A stretch of 64,000 bases of DNA from Eledone cirrhosa (taxonomy: Eukaryota), in contig OZ024741.1 in assembly GCA_964016885.1 (NCBI GenBank), forward strand, positions 397,978,001 through 398,042,000, written 5' to 3'. The notes under the pieces are model-generated. The model searched no databases, was not told the origin of the DNA, and worked only from the letters and a program-made list of their open reading frames with translations. A program made the position numbers and the translations under genes. Every line of letters begins with the position of its first letter. The first letter of the stretch is position 1. Shown one piece after another: positions 44,780-59,892 of the stretch.

Positions 44780-47700
44780 CAGTTACTTCCCCTGTCACTT
44801 CTACTCTCCTCTCACAACCTATTACATTACAGTTACTTACCCTGTCACTTCTACTCTCCTCTCACAACCTATTTACAGTTACTTACCCTGTCACAACCTA
44901 TTACATTACAGTTACTTCCCCTGTCAATTCTACTCTCCTCTCACAACCTATTACTTTACAGTTACTTCCCCTGTCACTTCTACTCTCCTCTCGCAACCTA
45001 TTACATTACAGTTACTTCCCCTGTCACTTCTACTCTCCTCTCACAACCTATTACTTTACAGTTACTTCCCCTGTCACTTCTACTCTCCTCTCACAACCTA
45101 TTACATTACATTTACTTCCCCTGTCACTTCTACTCTCCTCTCACAACCTATTACATTACAGTTACTTCCCCTGTCAATTCTACTCTCCTCTCACAACCTA
45201 TTACTTTACAGTTACTTCCCCTGTCACTTCTACTCTCCTCTCACAACCTATTACATTACAGTTACTTCCCCTGTCACTTCTACTCTCCTCTCACAACCTA
45301 TTACTTTACAGTTACTTCCCCTGTCTCTTCTACTCTCCTCTCACAACCTATTACTTTACAGTTACTTCCCCTGTCACTTCTACTCTCCTCTCGCAACCTA
45401 TTACATTACAGTTACTTCCCCTGTCACTTCTACTCTCCTCTCACAACCTATTACTTTACAGTTACTTACCCTGTCACTTCTACTCTCCTCTCACAACCTA
45501 TTACTTTACAGTTACTTCCTCTGTCACTTCTACTCTCCTCTCACAACCTATTACTTTACAGTTACTTACCCTCTCACAACCTAATACATTACAGTTACTT
45601 CCCCTGTCACTTCTACTCTCCTCTCACAACCTATTACATTACAGTTACTTCCCCTGTCACAACCTATTACTTTACAGTTACTTCCCCTGTCACTACTACT
45701 CTCCTCTCACAACCTATTACATTACAGTTACTTCCCCTGTGACAACCTATTACTTTACAGTTACTTACCCTGTCACTTCTACTCTCCCCTCACAACCTAT
45801 TACATTACAGTTACTTACCCTCTCACAACCTAATACATTACAGTTACTTCCCCTGTCACTTCTACTCTCCTCTCCCAACCTATTACTTTACAGTTACTTC
45901 CCCTGTCACTTCTACTCTCCTCTCCCAACCTATTACTTTAGAGTTACTTCCCCTGTCACTTCTACTCTCCTCTCACAACCTATTACTTTACAGTTACTTC
46001 CCCTGTCACTTCTACTCTCCTCTCCCAACCTATTACTTTACAGTTACTTCCCCTGTCACTTCTACTCTCCTCTCACAACCTATTACTTTACAGTTACTTC
46101 CCCTGTCACTTCTACTCTCCTCTCACAACATATTACATTACAGTTACTTACCCTGTCACTTCTACTCTCCTCTCACAACCTATTACATTACAGTTACTTC
46201 CCCTGTCACTTCTACTCTCCTCTCACAACCTATTACTTTACAGTTACTTACCCTGTCACTTCTACTCTCCTCTCACATCCTATTACATTACAGTTACTTA
46301 CCCTGTCACTTCTACTCTCCTCTCACAACCTATTACTTTACAGTTACTTACCCTGTCACAGCCTATTACATTACAGTTACTTCCCCTCTCACTTCTACTC
46401 TCCTCTCACAACCTATTACTTTACAGTTACCTCCCCTGTCACTTCCACTCTCCTCTCACAACCTATTACTTTACAGTTACTTACCCTGTCACAACCTATT
46501 ACATTACAGTTACTTCCCCTGTCACTTCTACTCTCCTCTCACAACCTATTACATTACAGTTACTTCCCCTGTCACTTCTACTCTCCTCTCACAACCTATT
46601 ACTTTACAGTTACTTCCCCTGTCACTTCTACGCTCCTCTCACAACCTATTACTTTACAGTTACTTACCCTCTCACAACATTACATTACAGTTACTTCCCC
46701 TGTCACTTCTACTCTCCTCTCACAACCTATTACATTACAGTTACTTCCCCTGTCACAACCTATTACATTACAGTTACTTCCCCTGTCACTTCTACTCTAC
46801 TCTCACAACCTATTACTTTACAGTTACTTCCCCTGTCACTTCTACTCTCCTCTCACAACCTATTACTTTACAGTTACTTCCCCTGTCACATCTACTCTCC
46901 TCTCACAACCTATTACTTTACAGTTACTTCCCCTGTCACTTCTACTCTCCTCTCACAACCTATTACATTACAGTTACTTCCCCTGTCACAACCTATTACA
47001 TTACAGTTACCTCCCCCTGTCACTTCTACTCTCCTCTCACAACCTATTACTTTACAGTTACTTCCCTTGTCACTTCTACTCTCCTCTCACAACCTATTAC
47101 TTTACAGTTACTTCCCCTGTTACTTCTACTCTCCTCTCACAACCTATTACATTACAGTTAATTCCCCTGTCACTTCTACTCTCCTCTCACAACCTATTAC
47201 TTTACAGTTACTTCCCCTGTCACTTCTACTCTCCTCTCACAACCTATTACATTACAGTTACTTCCCCTGTCACTTCTACTCTCCTCTCACAACCTATTGC
47301 ATTACAGTTACTTCCCCTGTCACTTCTACTCTCCTCTCACAACCTATTACTTTACAGTTACTTCCCCTGTCACTTCTACTCTCGTCTCACAACCTATTAC
47401 ATTACAGTTACTTCCCCTGTCACTTCTACTCTCCTCTCACAACCTATTACATTACAGTTACTTCCCCTGTCACTTCTACTCTCCTCTCACAACCTATTAC
47501 TTTACAGTTACTTCCCCTGTCACTTCTACTCTCCTTTCACAACCTATTAATTTACAGTTACTTCCCCTGTCACAACCTATTACATTACAGTTACTTACCC
47601 TGTCACTTCTACTCTCCTCTCACAACCTATTACTTTACAGTTACTTACCCTGTCACTTCTACTCTCCTCTCACAACCTATTACTTTACAGTTACTTCCCC

Positions 47701-50700
47701 TGTCACTTCTACTCTCCTCTCACAACCTATTACATTACAGTTACTTACCCTGTCACAACCTATTACATTACAGTTACTTACCCTGTCACTTCTACTCTCC
47801 TCTCACAACCTATTACTTTACAGTTACTTCCCCTGTCATTTCTACTCTCCTCTCACAACCTATTACTTTACAGTTACTTCCCCTGTCACTTCTACTCTCA
47901 TCTCACAACCTATTACATTACAGTTACTTACCCTGTCACAACCTATTACATTACAGTTACTTACCCTGTCACTTCTACTCTCCTCTCACAACCTATTACT
48001 TTACAGTTACTTACCCTGTCACAACCTATTACTTTACAGTTACTTACCCTGTCACAACCTATTACTTTACAGTTACTTCCCCTGTCACTTCTACTCTCCT
48101 CTCACAACCTATTACATTACAGTTACTTACCCTGTCACAACCTATTACATTACAGTTACTTACCATGTCACTTCTACTCTCCACTCACAACCTATTACTT
48201 TACAGTTACTTCCCCTGTCACTTCTACTCTCCTCTCACAACCTATTATATTACAGTTACTTACCCTGTCACAACCTATTACATTACAGTTACTTACCCTG
48301 TCACTTCTACTCTCCTCTCACAACCTATTATTTTACAGTTACTTACCCTGTAACAACCTATTACTTTACAGTTACTTACCCTGTCACTTCTACTCTCCTC
48401 TCACAACCTATTACATTACAGTTACTTACCCTGTCACTTCTACTCTCCTCTCACAACCTATTACATTACAATTACTTCCCCTGTCACTTCTACTCTCCTC
48501 TCACAAACTATTACATTACAGTTACTTACCCTGTCACTTCTACTCTCCTCTCACAACCTATTACTTTACAGTTACTTACCCTGTCACAACCTATTACATT
48601 ACAGTTACTTACCCTGTCACTTCTACTCTCCTCTCACAACCTATTACATTACAGTTACTTCCCCTGTCACTTCTACTCTCCTCTCACAACCTATTACATT
48701 ACAGTTACTTACCCTGTCACTTCTACTCTCCTCTCACAACCTATTACTTTACAGTTACTTCCCCTGTCAATTCTACTCTCCTCTCACAACCTATTACATT
48801 ACAGTTACTTACCCTGTCACTTCTACTCTCCTCTCACAACCTATTTACAGTTACTTACCCTGTCACAACCTATTACATTACAGTTACTTCCCCTGTCAAT
48901 TCTACTCTCCTCTCACAACCTATTACTTTACAGTTACTTCCCCTGTCACTTCTACTCTCCTCTCGCAACCTATTACATTACAGTTACTTCCCCTGTCACT
49001 TCTACTCTCCTCTCACAACCTATTACTTTACAGTTACTTCCCCTGTCACTTCTACTCTCCTCTCACAACCTATTACATTACAGTTACTTCCCCTGTCACT
49101 TCTACTCTCCTCTCACAACCTATTACATTACAGTTACTTCCCCTGTCAATTCTACTCTCCTCTCACAACCTATTACTTTACAGTTACTTCCCCTGTCACT
49201 TCTACTCTCCTCTCACAACCTATTACATTACAGTTACTTCCCCTGTCACTTCTACTCTCCTCTCACAACCTATTACTTTACAGTTACTTCCCCTGTCTCT
49301 TCTACTCTCCTCTCACAACCTATTACTTTACAGTTACTTCCCCTGTCACTTCTACTCTCCTCTCACAACCTATTACATTACAGTTACTTCCCCTGTCACT
49401 TCTACTCTCCTCTCACAACCTATTACTTTACAGTTACTTACCCTGTCACTTCTACTCTCCTCTCACAACCTATTACTTTACAGTTACTTACCCTGTCACT
49501 TCTACTCTCCTTTCACAACCTATTACTTTACAGTTACTTATCCTCTCACAACCTAATACATTACAGTTACTTCCCCTGTCACTTCTACTCTCCTCTCACA
49601 ACCTATTACATTACAGTTACTTCCCCTGTCACAACCTATTACTTTACAGTTACTTCCCCTGTCACTACTACTCTCCTCTCACAACCTATTACATTACAGT
49701 TACTTCCCCTGTCACAACCTATTACTTTACAGTTACTTACCCTGTCACTTCTACTCTCCCCTCACAACCTATTACATTACAGTTACTTACCCTCTCACAA
49801 CCTAATACATTACAGTTACTTCCCCTGTCACTTCTACTCTCCTCTCCCAACCTATTACTTTACAGTTACTTCCCCTGTCACTTCTACTCTCCTCTCCCAA
49901 CCTATTACTTTAGAGTTACTTCCCCTGTCACTTCTACTCTCCTCTCACAACCTATTACTTTACAGTTACTTCCCCTGTCACTTCTACTCTCCTCTCCCAA
50001 CCTATTACTTTACAGTTACTTCCCCTGTCACTTCTACTCTCCTCTCACAACCTATTACTTTACAGTTACTTCCCCTGTCACTTCTACTCTCCTCTCACAA
50101 CATATTATATTACAGTTACTTACCCTGTCACTTCTACTCTCCTCTCACAACCTATTACATTACAGTTACTTCCCCTGTCACTTCTACTCTCCTCTCACAA
50201 CCTATTACTTTACAGTTACTTACCCTGTCACTTCTACTCTCCTCTCACAACCTATTACATTACAGTTACTTACCCTGTCACTTCTACTCTCCTCTCACAA
50301 CCTATTACTTTACAGTTACTTACCCTGTCACAGCCTATTACATTACAGTTACTTCCCCTCTCACTTCTACTCTCCTCTCACAACCTATTACTTTACAGTT
50401 ACCTCCCCTGTCACTTCCACTCTCCTCTCACAACCTATTACTTTACAGTTACTTACCCTGTCACAACCTATTACATTACAGTTACTTCCCCTGTCACTTC
50501 TACTCTCATCTCACAACCTATTACATTACAGTTACTTCCCCTGTCACTTCTACTCTCCTCTCACAACCTATTACTTTACAGTTACTTCCCCTGTCACTTC
50601 TACGCTCCTCTCACAACCTATTACTTTACAGTTACTTACCCTCTCACAACATTACATTACAGTTACTTCCCCTGTCACTTCTACTCTCCTCTCACAACCT

Positions 50701-53700
50701 ATTACATTACAGTTACTTCCCCTGTCACAACCTATTACATTACAGTTACTTCCCCTGTCACTTCTACTCTACTCTCACAACCTATTACTTTACAGTTACT
50801 TCCCCTGTCACTTCTACTCTCCTCTCACAACCTATTACTTTAGAGTTACTTCCCCTGTCACATCTACTCTCCTCTCACAACCTATTACTTTACAGTTACT
50901 TCCCCTGTCACTTCTACTCTCCTCTCACAACCTATTACATTACAGTTACTTCCCCTGTCACAACCTATTACATTACAGTTACCTCCCCCTGTCACTTCTA
51001 CTCTCCTCTCACAACCTATTACTTTACAGTTACTTCCCTTGTCACTTCTACTCTCCTCTCACAACCTATTACTTTACAGTTACTTCCCCTGTTACTTTTA
51101 CTCTCCTCTCACAACCTATTACATTACAGTTAATTCCCCTGTCACTTCTACTCTCCTCTCACAACCTATTACTTTACAGTTACTTCCCCTGTCACTTCTA
51201 CTCTCCTCTCACAACCTATTACATTACAGTTACTTCCCCTGTCACTTCTACTCTCCTCTCACAACCTATTGCATTACAGTTACTTCCCCTGTCACTTCTA
51301 CTCTCCTCTCACAACCTATTACTTTACAGTTACTTCCCCTGTCACTTCTACTCTCGTCTCACAACCTATTACATTACAGTTACTTCCCCTGTCACTTCTA
51401 CTCTCCTCTCACAACCTATTACATTACAGTTACTTCCCCTGTCAATTCTACTCTCCTCTCACAACCTATTACTTTACAGTTACTTCCCCTGTCACTTCTA
51501 CTCTCCTCTCACAACCTATTACATTACAGTTACTTCCCCTGTCACTTCTACTCTCCTCTCACAACCTATTACTTTACAGTTACTTCCCCTGTCTCTTCTA
51601 CTCTCCTCTCACAACCTATTACTTTACAGTTACTTCCCCTGTCACTTCTACTCTCCTCTCACAACCTATTACATTACAGTTACTTCCCCTGTCACTTCTA
51701 CTCTCCTCTCACAACCTATTACTTTACAGTTACTTACCCTGTCACTTCTACTCTCCTCTCACAACCTATTACTTTACAGTTACTTACCCTGTCACTTCTA
51801 CTCTCCTTTCACAACCTATTACTTTACAGTTACTTATCCTCTCACAACCTAATACATTACAGTTACTTCCCCTGTCACTTCTACTCTCCTCTCACAACCT
51901 ATTACATTACAGTTACTTCCCCTGTCACAACCTATTACTTTACAGTTACTTCCCCTGTCACTACTACTCTCCTCTCACAACCTATTACATTACAGTTACT
52001 TCCCCTGTCACAACCTATTACTTTACAGTTACTTACCCTGTCACTTCTACTCTCCCCTCACAACCTATTACATTACAGTTACTTACCCTCTCACAACCTA
52101 ATACATTACAGTTACTTCCCCTGTCACTTCTACTCTCCTCTCCCAACCTATTACTTTACAGTTACTTCCCCTGTCACTTCTACTCTCCTCTCCCAACCTA
52201 TTACTTTAGAGTTACTTCCCCTGTCACTTCTACTCTCCTCTCACAACCTATTACTTTACAGTTACTTCCCCTGTCACTTCTACTCTCCTCTCCCAACCTA
52301 TTACTTTACAGTTACTTCCCCTGTCACTTCTACTCTCCTCTCACAACCTATTACTTTACAGTTACTTCCCCTGTCACTTCTACTCTCCTCTCACAACATA
52401 TTATATTACAGTTACTTACCCTGTCACTTCTACTCTCCTCTCACAACCTATTACATTACAGTTACTTCCCCTGTCACTTCTACTCTCCTCTCACAACCTA
52501 TTACTTTACAGTTACTTACCCTGTCACTTCTACTCTCCTCTCACAACCTATTACATTACAGTTACTTACCCTGTCACTTCTACTCTCCTCTCACAACCTA
52601 TTACTTTACAGTTACTTACCCTGTCACAGCCTATTACATTACAGTTACTTCCCCTCTCACTTCTACTCTCCTCTCACAACCTATTACTTTACAGTTACCT
52701 CCCCTGTCACTTCCACTCTCCTCTCACAACCTATTACTTTACAGTTACTTACCCTGTCACAACCTATTACATTACAGTTACTTCCCCTGTCACTTCTACT
52801 CTCATCTCACAACCTATTACATTACAGTTACTTCCCCTGTCACTTCTACTCTCCTCTCACAACCTATTACTTTACAGTTACTTCCCCTGTCACTTCTACG
52901 CTCCTCTCACAACCTATTACTTTACAGTTACTTACCCTCTCACAACATTACATTACAGTTACTTCCCCTGTCACTTCTACTCTCCTCTCACAACCTATTA
53001 CATTACAGTTACTTCCCCTGTCACAACCTATTACATTACAGTTACTTCCCCTGTCACTTCTACTCTACTCTCACAACCTATTACTTTACAGTTACTTCCC
53101 CTGTCACTTCTACTCTCCTCTCACAACCTATTACTTTAGAGTTACTTCCCCTGTCACATCTACTCTCCTCTCACAACCTATTACTTTACAGTTACTTCCC
53201 CTGTCACTTCTACTCTCCTCTCACAACCTATTACATTACAGTTACTTCCCCTGTCACAACCTATTACATTACAGTTACCTCCCCCTGTCACTTCTACTCT
53301 CCTCTCACAACCTATTACTTTACAGTTACTTCCCTTGTCACTTCTACTCTCCTCTCACAACCTATTACTTTACAGTTACTTCCCCTGTTACTTTTACTCT
53401 CCTCTCACAACCTATTACATTACAGTTAATTCCCCTGTCACTTCTACTCTCCTCTCACAACCTATTACTTTACAGTTACTTCCCCTGTCACTTCTACTCT
53501 CCTCTCACAACCTATTACATTACAGTTACTTCCCCTGTCACTTCTACTCTCCTCTCACAACCTATTGCATTACAGTTACTTTCCCTGTCACTTCTACTCT
53601 CCTCTCACAACCTATTACTTTACAGTTACTTCCCCTGTCACTTCTACTCTCGTCTCACAACCTATTACATTACAGTTACTTCCCCTGTCACTTCTACTCT

Positions 53701-55000
53701 CCTCTCACAACCTATTACATTACAGTTACTTCCCCTGTCACTTCTACTCTCCTCTCACAACCTATTACTTTACAGTTACTTCCCCTGTCACTTCTACTCT
53801 CCTTTCACAACCTATTACTTTACAGTTACTTCCCCTGTCACAACCTATTACATTACAGTTACTTACCCTGTCACTTCTACTCTCCTCTCACAACCTATTA
53901 CTTTACAGTTACTTACCCTGTCATTTCTACTCTCCTCTCACAACCTATTACTTTACAGTTACTTCCCCTGTCACTTCTACTCTCCTCTCACAACCTATTA
54001 CATTACAGTTACTTACCCTGTCACAACCTATTACATTACAGTTACTTACCCTGTCACTTCTACTCTCCTCTCACAACCTATTACTTTACAGTTACTTCCC
54101 CTGTCATTTCTACTCTCCTCTCACAACCTATCACTTTACAGTTACTTCCCCTGTCACTTCTACTCTCATCTCACAACCTATTACATTACAGTTACTTACC
54201 CTGTCACAACCTATTACATTACAGTTACTTACCCTGTCACTTCTACTCTCCTCTCACAACCTATTACTTTACAGTTACTTACCCTGTCACAACCTATTAC
54301 TTTACAGTTACTTACCCTGTCACAACCTATTACTTTACAGTTACTTCCCCTGTCACTTCTACTCTCCTCTCACAACCTATTACATTACAGTTACTTACCC
54401 TGTCACAACCTATTACATTACAGTTACTTACCATGTCACTTCTACTCTCCTCTCACAACCTATTACTTTACAGTTACTTCCCCTGTCACTTCTACTCTCC
54501 TCTCACAACCTATTATATTACAGTTACTTACCCTGTCACAACCTATTACATTACAGTTACTTACCCTGTCACTTCTACTCTCCTCTCACAACCTATTATT
54601 TTACAGTTACTTACCCTGTAACAACCTATTACTTTACAGTTACTTACCCTGTCACTTCTACTCTCCTCTCACAACCTATTACATTACAGTTACTTACCCT
54701 GTCACTTCTACTCTCCTCTCACAACCTATTACATTACAATTACTTCCCCTGTCACTTCTACTCTCCTCTCACAAACTATTACATTACAGTTACTTACCCT
54801 GTCACTTCTACTCTCCTCTCACAACCTATTACTTTACAGTTACTTACCCTGTCACAACCTATTACATTACAGTTACTTACCCTGTCACTTCTACTCTCCT
54901 CTCACAACCTATTACATTACAGTTACTTCCCCTGTCATTTCTACTCTCCTCTCACAACCTATTACATTACAGTTACTTACCCTGTCACTTCTACTCTCCT
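44780..55000. repeat. 3972-bp higher-order repeat (2 slightly diverged copies; the second is expanded by the 2296-bp duplication)
   Basis: CCTATTTACAG 44871/48843, GTCTCTT 45326/49298 and ORFs 47067/51039 and 47297/51269 are offset +3972. The 428-aa ORFs at 47067/53335 are offset 6268 = 3972+2296. Confidence 0.88.
49061..53740. repeat. Near-perfect tandem duplication, period 2296 bp (2 copies)
   Basis: GTCTCTT 49298/51594 and ORFs 51039/53335 are offset +2296, and both copies share CTCCCAAC triplets, CTCATCTC and ACCTCCCCCTG. Identity is bounded by mismatches at 49060/51356 and 51445/53741. Confidence 0.92.
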
Positions 55001-58000
55001 CTCACAACCTATTACTTTACAGTTACTTCCCCTGTCACTTCTACTCTCCTCTCACAACCTATTACTTTACAGTTACTTACCCTGTCACTTCTACTCTCCT
55101 CTCACAACCTATTACATTACAGTTACTTACCCTGTCACTTCTACTCTCCTCTCACAACCTATTACATTACAGTTACTTCCCCTGTCACTTCTACTCTCCT
55201 CTCACAACCTATTACATTACAGTTACTTCCCCTGTCACTTCTACTCTCCTCTCACAACCTATTACATTACAGTTACTTACCCTGTCACTTCTACTCTCCT
55301 CTCACAACCTATTACTTTACAGTTACTTACCCTGTCACAATCTATTACATTACAGTTACTTCCCCTCTCAATTCTACTCTCCTCTCACAACCTATTACTT
55401 TATAGTTACTTCCCCTGTCACTTCTACTCTCCTCTCGCAACCTATTACATTACAGTTACTTCCCCTGTCACTTCTACTCTCCTCTCACAACCTATTACTT
55501 TACAGTTACTTCCCCTGTCACTTCTACTCTCCTCTCACAACCTATTACATTACAGTTACTTCCCCTGTCACTTCTACTCTCCTCTCACAACCTATTACAT
55601 TACAGTTACTTCCCCTGTCAATTCTACTCTCCTCTCACAACCTATTACTTTACAGTTACTTCCCCTGTCACTTCTACTCTCCTCTCACAACCTATTACAT
55701 TACAGTTACTTCCCCTGTCACTTCTACTCTCCTCTCACAACCTATTACTTTACAGTTACTTCCCCTGTCTCTTCTACTCTCCTCTCACAACCTATTACTT
55801 CACAGTTACTTCCCCTGTCACTTCTACTCTCCTCTCACAACCTATTACATTACAGTTACTTCCCCTGTCACTTCTACTCTCCTCTCACAACCTATTACTT
55901 TACAGTTACTTACCCTGTCACTTCTACTCTCCTCTCACAACCTATTACTTTACAGTTACTTCCCCTGTCACTTCTACTCTCCTCTCACAACCTATTACTT
56001 TACAGTTACTTACCCTGTCACTTTTACTCTCCTCTCACAACCTATTACTTTACAGTTACTTCCCCTGTCACTTCTACTCTCCTCTCACAACCTATTACTT
56101 TACAATTACTTACCCTCTCACAACCTAATACATTACAGTTACTTCCCCTGTCACTTCTACTCTCCTCTCACAACCTATTACATTACCGTTACTTCCCCTG
56201 TCACAACCTATTACTTTACAGTTACTTCCCCTGTCACTACTACTCTCCTCTCACAACCTATTACATTACAGTTACTTCCCCTGTCACAACCAATTACTTT
56301 ACAGTTACTTACCCTGTCACTTCTACTCTCCTCTCACAACCTATTACATTACAGTTACTTACCCTCTCACAACCTAATACATTACAGTTACTTCCCCTGT
56401 CACTTCTACTCTCCTCTCACAAGCTATTACTTTACAGTTACTTCCCCTGTCACTTCTACTCTCCTCTCACAACCTATTACTTTACAGTTACTTCCCCTGT
56501 CACTTCTACTCTCCTCTCACAACCTATTACATTACAGTTACTTCCCCTGTCACTTCTACTCTCCTCTCACAACCTATTACATTACAGTTACTTCCCCTGT
56601 CACAACCTATTACTTTACAGTTACTTCCCCTGTCACTTCTACTCTCCTCTCACAACCTATTACATTACAGTTACTTACCCTGTCACAACCTATTACATTA
56701 CAGTTACTTACCATGTCACTTCTACTCTCCTCTCACAACCTATTACTTTACAGTTACTTCCCCTGTCACTTCTACTCTCCTCTCACAACCTATTATATTA
56801 CAGTTACTTACCCTGTCACAACCTATTACATTACAGTTACTTACCCTGTCACTTCTACTCTCCTCTCACAACCTATTACTTTACAGTTACTTACCCTGTA
56901 ACAACCTATTACTTTACAGTTACTTACCCTGTCACTTCTACTCTCCTCTCACAACCTATTACATTACAGTTACTTACCCTGTCACTTCTACTCTCCTCTC
57001 ACAACCTATTACATTACAATTACTTCCCCTGTCACTTCTACTCTCCTCTCACAACCTATTACATTACAGTTACTTACCCTGTCACTTCTACTCTCCTCTC
57101 ACAACCTATTACTTTACAGTTACTTACCCTGTCACAACCTATTACATTACAGTTACTTACCCTGTCACTTCTACTCTCCTCTCACAACCTATTACATTAC
57201 AGTTACTTCCCCTGTCACTTCTACTCTCCTCTCACAACCTATTACATTACAGTTACTTACCCTGTCACTTCTACTCTCCTCTCACAACCTATTACTTTAC
57301 AGTTACTTACCCTGTCACAACCTATTACATTACAGTTACTTACCCTGTCACTTCTACTCTCCTCTCACAACCTATTACTTTACAGTTACTTACGCTGTCA
57401 CAACCTATTACATTACAGTTACTTCCCCTGTCACTTCTACTCTCCTCTCACAACCTATTACTTTACAGTTACTTCCCCTGTCACAACCTATTACATTACA
57501 GTTACTTCCCCTGTCACTTCTACTCTCCTCTCACAACCTATTACATTACAGTTACTTACCCTCTCACAACCTATTACTTTACAGTTACTTCCCCTGTCAC
57601 TTCTACTCTTCTCTCACAACCTATTACATTACAGTTACTTCCCCTGTCAGTTCTACTCTCCTCTCACAACCTATTACATTACAGTTACTTCCCCTGTCAC
57701 TTCTACTCTCCTCTCACAACCTATTACATTACAGTTACTTCCCCTGTCACTTCTACTCTCCTCTCACAACCTATTACATTACAGTTACTTACCCTGTCAC
57801 TTCTACTCTCCTCTCACAACCTATTACTTTACAGTTACTTCCCCTGTCACTTCTACTCTCCTCTCACAACCTATTACATTACAGTTACTTCCCCTGTCAC
57901 TTCTACTCTCCTCTCACAACCTATTATATTACAGTTACTTCCCCTGTCACAACCTATTACATTACAGTTACTTCCCCTGTCACTTCTACTCTCCTCTCAC

Positions 58001-59892
58001 AACCTATTACTTTACAGTTACTTACGCTGTCACAACCTTTTACATTACAGTTACTTCCCCTGTCACTTTTACTCTCCTCTCACAACCTATTACTTTACAG
58101 TTACTTACCCTGTCACAACCTATTACATTACAGTTACTTACCCTGTCACAACCTATTACATTACAGTTACTTACCCTGTCACTTCTACTCTCCTCTCACA
58201 ACCTATTACTTTACAGTTACTTACCCTGTCACAACCTATTACTTTACAGTTATTTCCCCTGTCACTTCTACTCTCCTCGCACAACCTATTACTTTACAGT
58301 TACTTCCCCTGTCACTTCTACTCTCCTCTCACAACCTATTACATTACAGTTACTTCCCCTGTCACTTCTACTCTCCTCTCACAACCTATTACATTACAGT
58401 TACTTCCCCTGTCACTTCTACTCTCCTCTCACAACCTATTACATTACAGTTACTTCCCCTGTCACTTCTACTCTCCTCTCACAACCTATTACTTTACAGG
58501 TACTTACCCTGTCACAACCTATTACATTACAGTTACTTCCCCTGTCACTTCTACTCTCCTCTCACAACCTATTACTTTACAGTTACTTACCCTGTCACAA
58601 CCTATTACATTACAGTTACTTCCCCTGTCACTTCTACTCTCCTCTCACAACCTATTACATTACAGTTACTTCCCCTGTCACAAACTATTACATTACAGTT
58701 ACTTCCCCTGTCACTTCTACTCTCCTCTCACAACATATTACTTTACAGTTACTTCCCCTGTCACTTCTACTCTCCTCTCACAACCTATTACTTTACAGTT
58801 ACTTCCCCTGTCACTTCTACTCTCCTCTCACAACCTATTACTTTACAGTTACTTCCCCTGTCACTTCTACTCTCCTCTCACAACCTATTACATTACAGTT
58901 ACTTCCCCTGTCACTTCTACTCTCCTCTCACAACCTATTACATTACAGTTACTTCCCCTGTAACTTCTACTCTCCTCTCACAACCTATTACATTACAGTT
59001 ACTTCCCCTGTCACTTCTACTCTCCTCTCACAACCTATTACATTACAGTTACTTCCCCTGTCACTTCTACTCTCCTCTCACAACCTATTACTTTACAGTT
59101 ACTTCCCCTGTCACTTCTACTCTCCTCTCACAACCTATTACATTACAGTTACTTCCCCTGTCACTTCTACTCTCCTCTCACAACCTATTACATTACAGTT
59201 ACTTCCCCTGTCACTTCTACTCCCTTCTCACAACCTATTACTTTACAGTTACTTACCCTGTCACAACCTAATACATTACAGTTACTTCCCCTGTCACTTC
59301 TACTCTCCTCTCACAACCTATTACTTTACAGTTACTTACCCTGTCACAACCTATTACATTACAGTTACTTCCCCTGTCACTTCTACTCTCCTCTCACAAC
59401 CTATTACATTACAGTTACTTACCCTCTCACAACCTATTACTTTACAGTTACTTCCCCTGTCATTTCTACTCTCCTCTCACAACCTATTACATTACAGTTA
59501 CTTCCCCTGTCACTTCTACTCTCCTCTCACAACCTATTACATTACAGTTACTTCCCCTGTCACTTCTACTCTCCTCTCACAACCTATTACATTACAGTTA
59601 CTTCCCCTGTCACTTCTACTCTCCTCTCACAACCTATTACATTACAGTTACTTACCCTGTCACTTCTACTCTCCTCTCAAAACCTATTACTTTACAGTTA
59701 CTTCCCCTGTCACTTCTACTCTCCTCTCACAACCTATTACATTACAGTTACTTCCCCTGTCACTTCTACTCTCCTCTCACAACCTATTACGTTACAGTTA
59801 CTTCCCCTGTCACAACCTATTACATTACAGTTACTTCCCCTGTCACTTCTACTCTCCTCTCACAACCTATTACTTTACAGTTACTTACGCTG

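Noticed and set aside
7680-56901. All listed ORFs (62-1714 aa, L/S/T/Y/P-rich)
   Set aside because: They overlap in all three + frames with the same peptides and start and stop only at sporadic point variants. The 50-bp period is not a multiple of 3 and frameshifting indels are common, so these are translations of a stop-free repeat, not mucin-like or surface-protein genes.
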